64,000 nt of DNA from Podarcis gaigeae (taxonomy: Eukaryota): NCBI GenBank assembly GCA_964106915.2, contig OZ066923.1, one strand, 5' to 3'. The notes under the pieces were generated by a model. It saw nothing but the letters and a program-made list of their open reading frames with translations, searched no databases and was not told the origin of the DNA. This document shows, piece after piece, positions 27,066-39,043 of this stretch (the first letter of the stretch is position 1; every line of letters begins with the position of its first letter). A program made the translations under genes and the position numbers.

Positions 27066-27784
27066 GAAAAATGTTGGAGGCTAATAGTTGGACACGAAGC
27101 TTACTAAAGAGGTTCGGAATTGATATACAAGCGACGGCCATTTTGCATGCATCCAATTGATGTGTGACCGCTAACGCCTGGGTCCTTTTGGACCCGGAAT
27201 GGGGCGGCCTATGAATGTTCTGCTGGTGCTTTTGTGGGCCACAACTGGAATCACTGTGCAAAATGGTTGCTGCCTGGGTTGAATCTTCCTCCTTAGAACC
27301 AGTGAAGAGTATAGGAAAGAAGCTGTATTTTGGCATATAGAGTTTATAAGTTATATATGTGGCTGGAGGACTTTTCTGGGTAATTAGGACTATCCTTTTT
27401 TCTGCAGTTTGTTTTGGTAAAAGCAAATTATTTAAATTTAATGAGGCAAGGCCAACAAAACACTTAATGGGTCAACATCAACAATCTTAGGTGGTTTACT
27501 GGCATGACCTCACAGTGTAAATTGATTACTACCAAATTGCCCATTTTAGATTTCTATTATGGAAGTGTTATCTGTGGAAAGATCTTTTCAAAAAGTTTAA
27601 GTCTCAGAAACCAAATAATAAATTTTCAAGTATTATTTAAATATTTGTTTGAAGGCACCTGCACTCCTTCAAACTCAAATGACTGTTAACAATAATGCTA
27701 GTGGGAGTAACAAGAGCTCACTAACAATTGTTAAGCTTCGGGCACAGGCGGAACCAAGGCCATTCGAAAATGAAAAACCACAGC

Positions 27785-30258
27785 TCAACAAAAGCAGGTT
27801 TGGTTTATTTGAATGATTTCATTAAATATCTACAAAGAAGGTAACAAACTGCAGCACAAAGCGCAATCATACAGGAAGCGCAATGCCTGGATTTAGTGCA
27901 AAACATACCATTAACTACGGCCAGGGAAGCCCAAGGTTTGAATTCATTTTATTTTATTTTTTTACAGTGTACATTGTTAAATAATGTAAAGAAAACATCT
28001 GTAATTCAGAAACAGATCTTGTGGAAAAAGGTATTCAAAGTGTAATAACACAAAATAATTTAACAGTTCAGTAGCATTAGTTAATTCCTCTAGACCTCAG
28101 TTATTTCATCCACAGGAGGGAAATCAATGGTAAATAAAACCAGTACTTGCATAACTAAGTGAAAACTCGACCTCAAACATATTAAACCAAAATACTATCC
28201 TTGTGCAACACTCAGCTGACTAGATCTTCTAACATTTGGTGGCATCTTTTCATCCATTGCTCCTTCCTGCTTTCTGCACATCAACCTCACCTTGAATTTC
28301 CCATCACACCTGTGAGGACTTTTTTTTAAGTCTGAAAAGTTGTTGAATCCCAGCCACCTAGACTTACGTCTTTTGTTTTCAGCCACCGGGTCCAAATCCT
28401 ACCTCTGCCTGACAAAACCACTGTAAACTTCAACTTGAGGCGAAGGAAAGAAAAGAAAGAAAGACTTGTGCATATGTTTGAGGAAAGAGTGAAAGAAATA
28501 CAGAAAGAACAAATGTCCTGGCTAACTTTAGAGGACTTCTGGGGGTGGGGAAAGAGAAAACAGACTTCGAGACCAAGCAGTAAAGCTGCTTCCAAGTCCA
28601 AAGCAGAAGTACTTTGACTTCACAGCCTGCTGCTGCAATGCAAAGTAATACTAGTTGGTTGCAGTTATTTCATTTGATCGGGGAAACCAGTATTTTGAGT
28701 TAGAAAGAGGAAGGCGAGTAGGAGATATAGTACACCTACTAAAAGGCAACACAGTTAGTTACAGTCCTGTTTTAAGTCCTTTAGACATAGAAAGAAAAAG
28801 TTGTTTTTGATGCTGGCTGTTTCAAGTGTATCCATCCTTAGCAATGGATGCTGCACCAGGAAGATGTGTTCCTGGCCTTTCAGGATTGGATTGACAGGCA
28901 GGGCAGGGGGGAGCAAATCCCAGCAAACACCCTCCCTCTCCAGAGTGATCGCTCCAATCCCTTGACATACATTACCCTTGCTAAAAAACCTTTATAGCTT
29001 AAAAGTCAACCCACCCGTAGGTGCTTACCCCTTCAAAGATGTCCCTCTTTCCCCCCCACTTCCCTTATTCTCAACAACCCAGCTTCTACTCTGGTCACTG
29101 TGTTCATTCTCTTCAGCACCTCCGCATAAATCCCTCGCTGCTGCATCAGCCACATCAGTTTCCCCCACCGCTCCATAGCTTTACTCTTCCGACACAAAAG
29201 CTGCAATAGCTCCCCCTCCAACACCTACTCTCGACACTATGACAGTATAAGCATCCAATGTGTTATGCCTTTGGTATTCCAGTGACTATATCCAAATAAC
29301 CTCCCTCTGCCTGGCGAAAGTCTGCTGGGAAGGTGATGCTAACTGTAGAAGCAATAAAAGTCCAAGGCACTAAAATATCCAGCAAGCATACTGGGAGAAC
29401 AGACAAGTATTCAAGTACATTAATTTATACAATTATACATTCACATTTATCTAATACAATGAAAATACAAAGGAAAAAAAGTTAAAGTGTCTCCAATAAG
29501 TATCAGGATATAGCTAGCTTTTCCCCCATTTTTTTTCCTTTTTAACTGTTTAACCCTCTATATGCCACTCATTTTTTTTTAAACTACTGTTGTCCAACAA
29601 CATTTATATATCACAGTGTTTCCACATCAAAACTGATGGTAAGTACATGTCCGCAGGGAACTTTTTAAAAAATTTGTCTTCTAAACAATTTAAATTGCTC
29701 TAATGCTGCAGTCAAAGCTGTTAATATCTTTTACTTAAAGCAGTAATGACCTATGTCAAAGCACGGGCTGTTCTGCAAGTCCACTTGTGTGCCCCATCAG
29801 CTCAGGAACTTCAGTGTGATGGTCTGACAGAAGGAAGAGACATGGAAATAATGGACAGCTCCCCCCACCCCCGGCTTAATTCCTCAGAGCAAGACAAATG
29901 GCATACTAAAGATTCATGCTAAAACTAACAACAATTCTCCCGTCTCAACCCATGTAGATTCAGCATCTTAAGCCAAATGAATTTTACAGCACGAAGCCCT
30001 TGGCTTGTGTGGTAGCTTTCATCTTTACACACTTGCCACAGACGAGAGGAAGCATGTCCCATCGTGGAAGATCCTGATCACTCTTCTCCCCATATTCAAA
30101 ATGGAGGGCTTTTCTTACGGAGAGCAGAGAGCAATGGTTAGAGGAGGAAGTTCACCCCCCTCCCTTTGGGCGCTAATAGTCAGTTCACTGCAGCCTAGTG
30201 GTTGATTCAGGGCCCGATCTCCCCCCTCAAGTCTACCCAGCAGCATGCCTGGGTCTCA
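27785..30258 (-). other. WNK1: WNK1 3' UTR (about 2.5 kb, no obvious repeats)
   Basis: Lies between the stop codon and the AATAAA; AU-rich. Confidence 0.7.
27804..27809 (-). terminator. Probable distal WNK1 polyadenylation signal AATAAA
   Basis: AATAAA on the minus strand followed by U/GU-rich sequence (ttttgttgagctgtggttttt). Confidence 0.65.
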
Positions 30259-30573
30259 TTAAGTGGTCCGCAGATTAGAGCCAGGGGGGTTGCTGATGGA
30301 TTTCTGCAAGTTGCTGATGTTGAAGCTTTGCAATGAGGTGGCACCTACAGGCTGGAACTGGCCTAAAGGCTGCGGTGCTGGACCACCTGTCCCGCTCCAG
30401 GGAGCTACAAAGGGCACTGCTGGGAAACCGTATGGCTGAGGGGGGCACATGGCCTTTGTGAAGTGACCTAGGGAGGTAGCTGACGCAGCAGAGATGGGTG
30501 TAGCACCGAGGGAGGACGTCATCGAGATGCAGAGCTGACCTGGTGCAGAGAACTTCCTTGCCATTCCTGGGCC
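30259..30573 (-). CDS. WNK1: WNK1 exon 28, terminal (GPGMARKFSAPGQLC...GSNLRTT*)
   Basis: WNK1 C-terminus; tttttag acceptor. Confidence 0.97.
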   Translation of the reverse strand, partial: GPGMARKFSAPGQLCISMTSSLGATPISAASATSLGHFTKAMCPPQPYGFPAVPFVAPWSGTGGPAPQPLGQFQPVGATSLQSFNISNLQKSISNPPGSNLRTT

Positions 30574-30737
30574 CTAAAAACAAAACCCAACCCAAGAGGT
30601 TATTTCAGAATTGCCAAACAATGTTAACACAGTCCTTAGAGGCTTCTTCCTCAGAAATGTGTCAGATTCTTCCATGAATGACTTGTAAGTTGGCAGAGTG
30701 CACACGACCAGACATAATGCTCCAAGCAAGTACTTAC

Positions 30738-30919
30738 CTCATAATTGCCATGCCCCTTGCCTCCTTTCTTGCCAGAGAGGCTCATGGCATCGCGAGCCCA
30801 GTTGTCTACTAGCTTGTGCAGGTCATCCGTAAAGGTCCCTTTTCGACTAGAGGCAGGAGGCTGAGACTGAGGTGCCTGGCTGTTCACTGTACCCGCAACA
30901 GTATTTGTACTGCTGGTCC
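30738..30919 (-). CDS. WNK1: WNK1 exon 27 (TSSTNTV...KGTFTDDLHKLVDNWARDAM...NYE)
   Basis: WNK-conserved motif; tag acceptor, gtaagt donor. Confidence 0.96.
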
Positions 30920-33726
30920 CTAGAAGAGCAAAGCAATGGCTGTCATTTAAACCTGACTGTATGATAGCTCCTGAAGGCCATCAAAACTATAGCTACAATG
31001 GAAAAATAGGAGAAAGCAAGAGTTTAAAAAGCCATGCACATGAATTCTACAATTCAGTACCAGGACATAATGAAGAGGAAGGGATTTAGGGCTCAGCTAG
31101 CAGTTTCACTCCTATTAGGTTAATCATGTAATTGTGTGTTATTTTCCAGATCAGTGGGTGGTCTGCAACGTTGCCATTTTCCACTGGGGAATGAACTAGC
31201 TTTTGGTATCAATGACAGGTCCATGATTAATGGGTTCCTCTACATTGTCAACAAGCACCTATTATATCAAGTTAATGCTACTGCCAGCTCTGCCCACTCA
31301 CTCAGCACGGACAGCTGCTCTGCTCTGCAGATGGAAACTAAGAAGCCCCAGGGACTCGTTATTGGAACAAGACATTGTATTACTGGCAGATACTTCCATC
31401 TGCGTGAATGTACCTGAACCTGCTGGCTTACTGTCCAAGCACAACAGTGCCAAAAGGAAGCGGCAAACCATCACCTTGTGCTTCCAACTCAGATGGCAGC
31501 TTCCAGGAGAACCTGCACATTTGGGTTTCACACCATACAGAACTCTATACAGCTCTGCAAAGAGAAATGCAAGGAACTGTTTCAATTTAGAATATGGCAC
31601 CTGATAGGATCAAATTCTAAGAATGAAGGGAAATCCAAAGCATCCAAGTTTCTGCTGTGATGGCCATTCTATAGCAAATCTGTAGTGGAATGGTGTGAAA
31701 GAGTTGTTTTTATTTGTCCAAAATGGTTATTCAGGAAGCAGCAACCTAAATGCAAGAGTTTAAGAGTGTTGAGAACCCCACATGTGCTATGTAACAAGCA
31801 GCATGATCACTGAGATAGGACACGGTCTCCAATGTATAGAAGCCAATGAGCCCATTGCATTGCTCAAGACTGTACACAAGAAGTGCATCTGGGAAAGCCT
31901 GAAGTACAATTCAAGTCCACTGAAAAGGCCTTCCTATTTCAACACAAGGAGTGAAGGTACAACTTGATGAAAAACAGCTTAGGAAAACCAATTAGACCAG
32001 TAGAAGATAGCACATTAATTCCACCCAGCTTGCTCCTGAGACTGTCAAAATAATGGAATCGAAGCTTTAAAAGAAGTCAAAGAGGGAACCAAGAGTTCCC
32101 ACTGCACAAGACTCAAATCTAAAAACTCTGATAATCCATTCCCACTGCTCAAGAACTTGATGTCAGAAGCAAAGTCATAGGTTCTGGCAACTTAACTGGA
32201 CCCTTGATTCTTTGGGATAAAACTGGCCTCCCTGAATCCAAGCCAGATTAGACAAGAATTCAAAACATCATAATTGGTTAGAGCAACTGAGCAAGGTGCC
32301 ACTGCATTGTGAAATACAAACAAGCGGATAAAACTAGCCAAGGTGGTGAAAGACACAGCAGTCCCCCCCCCAAAAAAAATTACTAAATAAGATGGGAGTG
32401 GTGCTCATCCACATGCAGGGAAGAGGAAGGAGGAAGAATCCTCTGCCCAGGTGAGAGGAAGGAATGCGGAGTTAATAGTAATAAGAGCGTAACTGTGTTA
32501 CATGCAAAGGAAACTATACTTGTGATGCCACAAGATTCAGCCATGTAGTGTGAGAGAAACTGGAACACAAACACACATCTAAGTAAAAAAAATGAGCAAC
32601 CTAAAGAATAGTAGAGGGAACAGGCAACACAGATTTTTAGAAAGTGGTGGTGGTGGTAAGAATCTTGATACATGGTACCAATAAAATATCAGTGCATTCT
32701 CCTGACTACAATTTCATGCAGGGACCAGCACATATCCATCAGCCCCTTCCTGATGGCCAGAAAACACAGCTCTTGTTAGTAAGTGTAGTGCCCAGACTCT
32801 GCCCTGCTTGCATCTCTAAGTAATTGGGGATGGGGAGAGAGTTTCAACCCAGAAGTGATAGATGGGGTCTGTTAATGTTTGGCCTTTTACTTTACAAGCT
32901 GTTGAAAATGCACCAGATTGTCTCAGGAACCCTCTAAAACAAAAATGTAAGAGGGAATGTCATATTAAATGTGAGCTGTATTGAAAATACTCTTTTGTCT
33001 GGTTTATTATGAAGCCAGTTCTTGAGACACTTCATCTACTGAACCAGCCATCAAGAAGAGTCTGATGAGCACTTAGGTCAGTGACCATGGGGAAAAAACC
33101 TCCCTCCAATCTTGCTCAGTCACAGCAAACGTTACAGAAACTTATTTCGGCTCTTCATACAACGGAACAAATGCAGAGGCTTAACTGGCCCTGTGAGTCA
33201 CATCACTGCACACGCCGCTGCCCCTTCCCCACCTTAACGCTGCCAATTTGCTTCACTCCCATTTACTGACTCTTCATCAATGATGACACTTTCTCCTGGA
33301 CATCTGGGTCCTTGCCCTTCCTCTTAGTAAGATATGGAAACTCCTTTTCAAATTGGATCAGTGCTTAGGGCAAACCCCTTCCGCTATGATCACTGTACAC
33401 AAAGCCCATGAACGAGGGAGATTTTGCCTTCTGACCCAAAATGCTGCAAATTACTTGTGCTAATGTACACTTTGGCATCATTCCTCGTCAGCAAGGAGGA
33501 GACAGGTGACTGATAGTCAAAACACGCCATTCCAGCAAGGAACTGCCGTCGTGAGGTGGCCAGGCCTGTTGCAGTGTTAGTGCAGAAACAAGTTAGAAAA
33601 GGGACACAGAGACAGATGCTGTGCTCAAGACAGATTCAGGGAGGTTAAGCTTCAGAGATCAGAGGAAAACTTAAACACAGCAGCTTGGCAATCAGAGTTC
33701 AGAAGTAACCAAAATGCAATAATTAC

Positions 33727-33768
33727 TACAGAGCTGGTTGCAAGGGCAGACTTTTTTCACCATCTTCC
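33727..33768 (-). CDS. WNK1: WNK1 alternative exon 26b (KMVKKVCPCNQLC), 42 nt
   Basis: cttcag acceptor, A|gtaatt donor, phase 1-1; the peptide matches the neural WNK1 insert as I recall it. Confidence 0.85.
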
Positions 33769-36231
33769 CTGAAGCACAAAGAGAAAGCATTTTGTTAGGG
33801 AGAAACAGTGAGAAACATTTAGTGTCAAGCAAACAGCACAAATAGCCTGGTTATAAAGAGGGGAGAATACAACAGGACCCTGTCCTTTGGTGACACTGCT
33901 TTTGATGCTTTTGTAGCAAGACATGCAGTGGCAACTGGAGGAGCTGCAACAAAATTCACATTTAGTTTATGCACCTGTATCTCTCACATGTATTAAGATT
34001 GTGGCCTAATCATTTCATCCAATATTAAGTAGGTTTTGGTGAGTTAGACTGAGTGACTCTCAGACAACAGTTCAGGTACTCTTACTGATTGGAGGAAACA
34101 AAGTTTCAGTCCAGTTCAACTGAAAGTCAACCAAATCCTGAACTGAACACTGGACTAAATCTTTAATTTATGCCCAGCTGATCAGATTTCTCCTTCTGAC
34201 TGAAAAAGGAATGGCATAAAAACTTCCTGCAGTTTTGAGAGTACATTATAATGGTTCGATTCTGACATTCTCTGATTCCCTATTTCCTAGAACATCAGTG
34301 CCACCAGAGGTAGGGACATACCTGTTGAATCTCTTCCACTTCTTCTCCAGCTATCAAGAAACCCACCCGTTATTTGCCCTGTCTTCTAACTTCTAACAGA
34401 AACCTTTTCCCACCATCCCAGAATCTGTGATAGGATGTCGGGTCAAAATCCAGTAAAACAAGAAACCTGTAAACAAACTGAGCATCAAGCCAAGCCGTGC
34501 TTCCACAAGTGCTGCCTTGTTTTACAGGACAGCTGCAATAAACTGAGGGATGCAGCTGAGGGTATTGCACATATGCCATTACTTCCAGAGACCAAAGTAG
34601 CATTTTCTGTCTCCCCATCATGGATCTTACTTCACAAAGGTACCTCCCGTTCAACAGCCACATTAAAACTAGAGCAAGTGTGCAGCAAGATTAGCCGTAT
34701 CTTTGCTATTTATTAATTATCCACCACAATAATAAAGGATGACTACTCCTTGATCTCTTATTAATCTTTTATTGCAATTCAATATTTTCTGGGAGAAGCT
34801 AGTTCTTAGTCCTGGCTTTATCACTATTTTTTGCAGATCCTTTCAGATCTGCCTTATACTGTCCACATTGAGATTTCCAGTTAAGAAGCCTGAGATGGGG
34901 AGAAGAGCTGCATGTTGTTTTTATGATGGGTGCTGGCCAGCCACCCTATAGATCCATATGGATTGAAAGGCAGGATATAAATACTTTAAATAATAACAAA
35001 TATGCACTCCAGTTGCCCCAAGCAACTAAAAACCAAGGACGATGAGGCTAAAGCAGTGCTGCAACTTCAAATCCTAAAAAGGTGTTACTTTTAACTTCTC
35101 TGAAGTCAAATATTATCATCTTATGATTTTCATTGTAGCTGTCCTTGTGCAAGGCTGTCTTGGAATCTGCTGCTCGGCTCATTAGGTACAGGCACAGAAA
35201 AATCCCTGGCGTGGCTGAGCTGCTGCTCAGTGTACATGGACAGATGCTCTTCAAAAATAGGATCCCAAGATCCTGCTGGTTTTTTTAAGTCTGGGAAGAA
35301 GAATACAATTTGCACACCCAGGAAAATAGTATTCTATCTGCAGCATAAGCACACAATTCAATAGACACATGTTGTTGGCATTTGTCTGTCTTGAGAGACA
35401 ATGGAGTGTGCCTCCAGAGGTGAAGTCAAACTGCTGGAGAATCACAGCACAACCGACCCATCCATTTCCACCTATTTCCATGGCCCTGTCTAGTTCAGTA
35501 GAGGTTGGAGACAGACCCAATTAAATCTATGTAGAACAGCTATTTTTAGAGTTCAATTCCTTTGGCTATAATTTTAATCCTTTTATTAGGTCTATATTAT
35601 CTGTTAAGTGCCTTATAGTCCTTTAAACGCCATTAATTTCAGAAGTGCAATACACAGCTCCAGCAAAGCAGACTGAACATGTTTTTATACTCTGCAAGGA
35701 CAGTGTGCCAAGCAACACATGAGATGCTGCACAAGAAATATTTACGCTGGAAACATCTTAATCCCAATTATTAAGGGATTACATTTCCCTTCCAAAGCAC
35801 AGGAAGAGGGAAGGAATACCCTTTCTCAAACATTGGCCCTTCCCATTCAAGAATACATTCCCACAAGTCACTCTTCTAACTAAAACTGATGAAGCATGAA
35901 GTAGGTTTTGCATGTCTACACCTGAATAAGGCACCCATATGCTAAGCTGATCATATCGCTATGCAACTCATGAGCTAATACAAATAATCCCTTCCCAGGT
36001 TCCTATTTTAGTCAAGAGACAGGGACCTTAAACATTTTCCTCTGCTAAGAATTGAGCTGGTGGGGTGAAGTGGCAAAAAAAGCTAGCAATTCCCTCCAAC
36101 AGGAGTAACAACAAGGTACAATGCCCATAGCTCCAAAAGTAGATACTAGTCACACTGCTTCCTGGACTGTTGTCTTGATTTCAAGTCCTTTGGTGGAAAA
36201 GCAGGAGACATCTGCCATGGATGCTTTAGCT

Positions 36232-36300
36232 AAGATTCCTGCACTGCAAAGGGTTGAGCTAGATGACCCTTGGGAACCTTTCCAACTCTACAATTCTATG
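36232..36300 (+). mobile_element. Squam3/CR1-type 3' tail fragment
   Basis: ttcctgcactgc..gggttgagctagatgaccct..ccttccaactctacaattctatg-like sequence. Confidence 0.55.
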
Positions 36301-36815
36301 AAATGTTCCATCATGAGCACCAATTCAACAATAGACACAGCCCTCAACCCTGAATTGCTGCTATGCATGTTGAAGCAGTGTGACAGTCACTGCCACATAC
36401 ACATTCAGCCCAAACAAATAAACAGCTGGCTGTGCCTCTTCAGAGTTATGCAAACTGGCCCAGGTCTGCACAGAACCCCAGCTGAACCACTAGGAAAGGT
36501 TCCACCATGGCCTTCCCTGCAGTTACTACAGGGAAGACTATAAACTGAGGAAGAGTTTGCTACCCAAAGCATCGTTAAAACATGAAAAACGTAGGCCACT
36601 ATCATCGTAGCCTTTTGGCTGAGCAGCACAATAATTTTTTTAAGACAGCTTTCTGGAGGATATACTTAAGAGCAACTCAGCCAAGCCCTGGGGTTGGAGA
36701 GACACAAGAAGGCAGATGTGAATGGACAGCATGTGACAACAGATCCAAGTAGCAGAAAACAAAAAGACGAGGAAGGAGTAAAGGTGTTACACACAAAGAG
36801 CCAAGCAGGGCGTAC

Positions 36816-36887
36816 TCAGAAATCGGGTCCTCCTGCCACCAGGCTTGAATGTCACCCGCTCAGATGCACAGTTAAACTTCACACACC
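36816..36887 (-). CDS. WNK1: WNK1 alternative exon 26a (GCVKFNCASERVTFKPGGRRTRFL), 72 nt; a second donor extends it to 36795 (93 nt)
   Basis: ttatcacag acceptor; donors A|gtacgc and T|gtgtgt, both phase 1. Confidence 0.85.
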
Positions 36888-37754
36888 CTGTGATAAAACA
36901 AAAATAAAAGAGGGGAAGAACAAGGAGAAGAGAAGAGAGACAGAACACAACTACAAGATGTTAGAAAACTCTTTAAGCTGGTGGTGAAATGCACTAGCAA
37001 GACACAAGAGAAAAGAACCTCACCGGTAGAGGAGCATTTGCAAGACACAAGGAGCCAGGACTCTTCTGTACCCCACCCCCACTCTCAAAATCATGTTTGT
37101 TTCCTCAACTGGAACAGAGCTATCCTCCAATAGTTAATCCAGCAGGAACAGGGTTGCATGCCACAAGTGATATAAAACAGCCAATGCACACATTGACATA
37201 ATACATTGCACAACTTGAAAGACACATGAGGTACAGGTTAGTAGGGCTCATATGGTTAAAAAGGAATGAGCAGAAGCTCCCTCCTCATTAGGAAGGTGAC
37301 TTAGAAGAAGCAGTAGCATATTCTATTCTTTTGTTGATATACCCACCTCCTTGTCTTGAAGCAACATACTGCCACTCCACCCACACCATTAATGTGTGTG
37401 TCAGAAATGAGTATGTTATGCATGCAAACTGCAAATTCAAATATGGTCTCTCAGGGACCATGATAAACTTCTAACTTGTGCAAGTAAAGTTGACAAGCTC
37501 CCAATTTATCCAGGGAGACATTTTGCACTATCTGCCTCAAGCTTTTCCCCTCCATCATCTCTCCTTGATGTGGAAGGTGCAAAAACATACAGGGCAACCT
37601 TCACTGTCATATCCTTAATTTTACTTGCCGAAGTGTCCCAGGCCTCACAGCTTCATCCTATGAAGGAGATAATCTGAAATGTAGCAGGATATTTAATCCC
37701 CCACCTCAGCCCCCAGTCACGTTTCTCTCCATGCTGCTAATCTACAACATTTAC

Positions 37755-37934
37755 CTTGGCCTGGCGCAGAAATGGCACCATCACTAGTAAAGGCAGAGTA
37801 GAGGTTCTCACTAGAAGGAGATGGTTTCAGAGGCTGTAACAGATGGTTCTGTCCTGTTTCTTGGACAGTGCCAGGAGGGTGGAGGGTCTGCTGTTGGGGC
37901 AAGACCGAAGGTGCACTCTGAGCAGACAGATTGC
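37755..37934 (-). CDS. WNK1: WNK1 exon 26 (GNLSAQSAPSVLPQQQ...LKPSPSSENLYSAFTSDGAISAPGQG)
   Basis: Homologous to the human exon; tag acceptor, gtaaat donor. Confidence 0.94.
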
Positions 37935-38068
37935 CTAGGGAGAGAGGGAAGCAAATCAGGACACTGGCAACATGATGGGTACTTAAGTTTTCCCATCCCA
38001 AATGCACAGTGTTCATATTTCACTTCTTAAGGGTGACCTCTGCTGGCACATAAAAGGAAACTCTAGAT

Positions 38069-38557
38069 CAGGGGTAGGGAGTTGGATCCAGCTGGGGGGG
38101 CTTAGTTGTGGGGTTACCCCAACTCCAGTGGCCCACTTTAACTGGTGGGTGCCTGCTTTCTGCAGAGACCAGCTATGCTACCAGGAAACATCGTAGCAAA
38201 TACAATCCAATGGGCTTGAAGTTGCCATTCATCAGTTGACAGGCAGCAACTTCAAACCTGCTTTTTGCAGGGATAAGCTGCACTACACCACAACAGAGAC
38301 AATTCCTGCAGGAAAAAGGGCTTTAAACTACCATATATCAGCCAATAGAACTTCCCATGCATGACAGCAAATCTCCCTTGCCAATGCACAACTGGGAATG
38401 CAGTTTATGGCTCTACCTGCCCCTCACCTGACATCACATCTGATTATGTTGTGTGTGCGGTAGGTCAGCATGGCATGGAGGGAAATGGCCTTGTAGGCCA
38501 AACGGGGGGCTATGCAAGGCCTGATTAGGCCTGTGGGCCAGAGGTTCCCTACCCCTG
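38069..38557. mobile_element. hAT (Charlie-like) non-autonomous element
   Basis: TIR CAGGGGTAGGGA/TCCCTACCCCTG; degenerate 8-bp TSD ctctagat/ctttagtt. Confidence 0.7.
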
Positions 38558-39043
38558 CTTTAGTTATTAAACTAGGCTGAAACCAGCAACAGCTAATGGG
38601 AGAAATGAACACAGGCCAAAAAATGAAATGCTTTCACAGGACTGCTACACTGCTGCTTGTGGCTAACAATCGAAAGAATACTCTGTCAACAAGGGCAATA
38701 CACACAAATTAAGACTCAGCATCCACCTGTTTCTACTGGGTACGGTAACAGAGGACTAATTAGTTATATTTACATTCCATATCTTAAAATTAAAATCTAC
38801 AAGGCAGTAAACAATAAACACCTTAACTGCATGTCTTCACTGCACATACCCCACAGAAATATGCTGCAGGAAGCCTTGCTTTGCCCAATACAATCCCTCA
38901 GCACTTCTTGAGTTTTTATCTAAAGTCTAAAACGCACAGTGAAAAGGGTATGGAATACAACTTTGGTGCTTAAATTTTGCGTAACACTTGAGTGGTGTTG
39001 TGGATAAAGACAGCTGAATGTGAGCTGAGGAGACCTGGGTTTC

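Noticed and set aside
27178-27197. GGGTCC-TTTT-GGACCC hairpin resembling a histone 3' stem-loop
   Set aside because: The stem deviates from consensus, the A-rich/ACCCA flanks are missing and no histone ORF is nearby; probably chance.
26965-27426. 153-aa minus-strand ORF between RAD52 and WNK1
   Set aside because: It has a non-ATG start, no recognisable homology and no evident splice structure.
31298-31600. 100-aa ORF in the supplied track as a WNK1 exon frame
   Set aside because: That frame meets the GTGAGT donor in phase 2, incompatible with exon 27. Only the alternative frame from 31430 fits.
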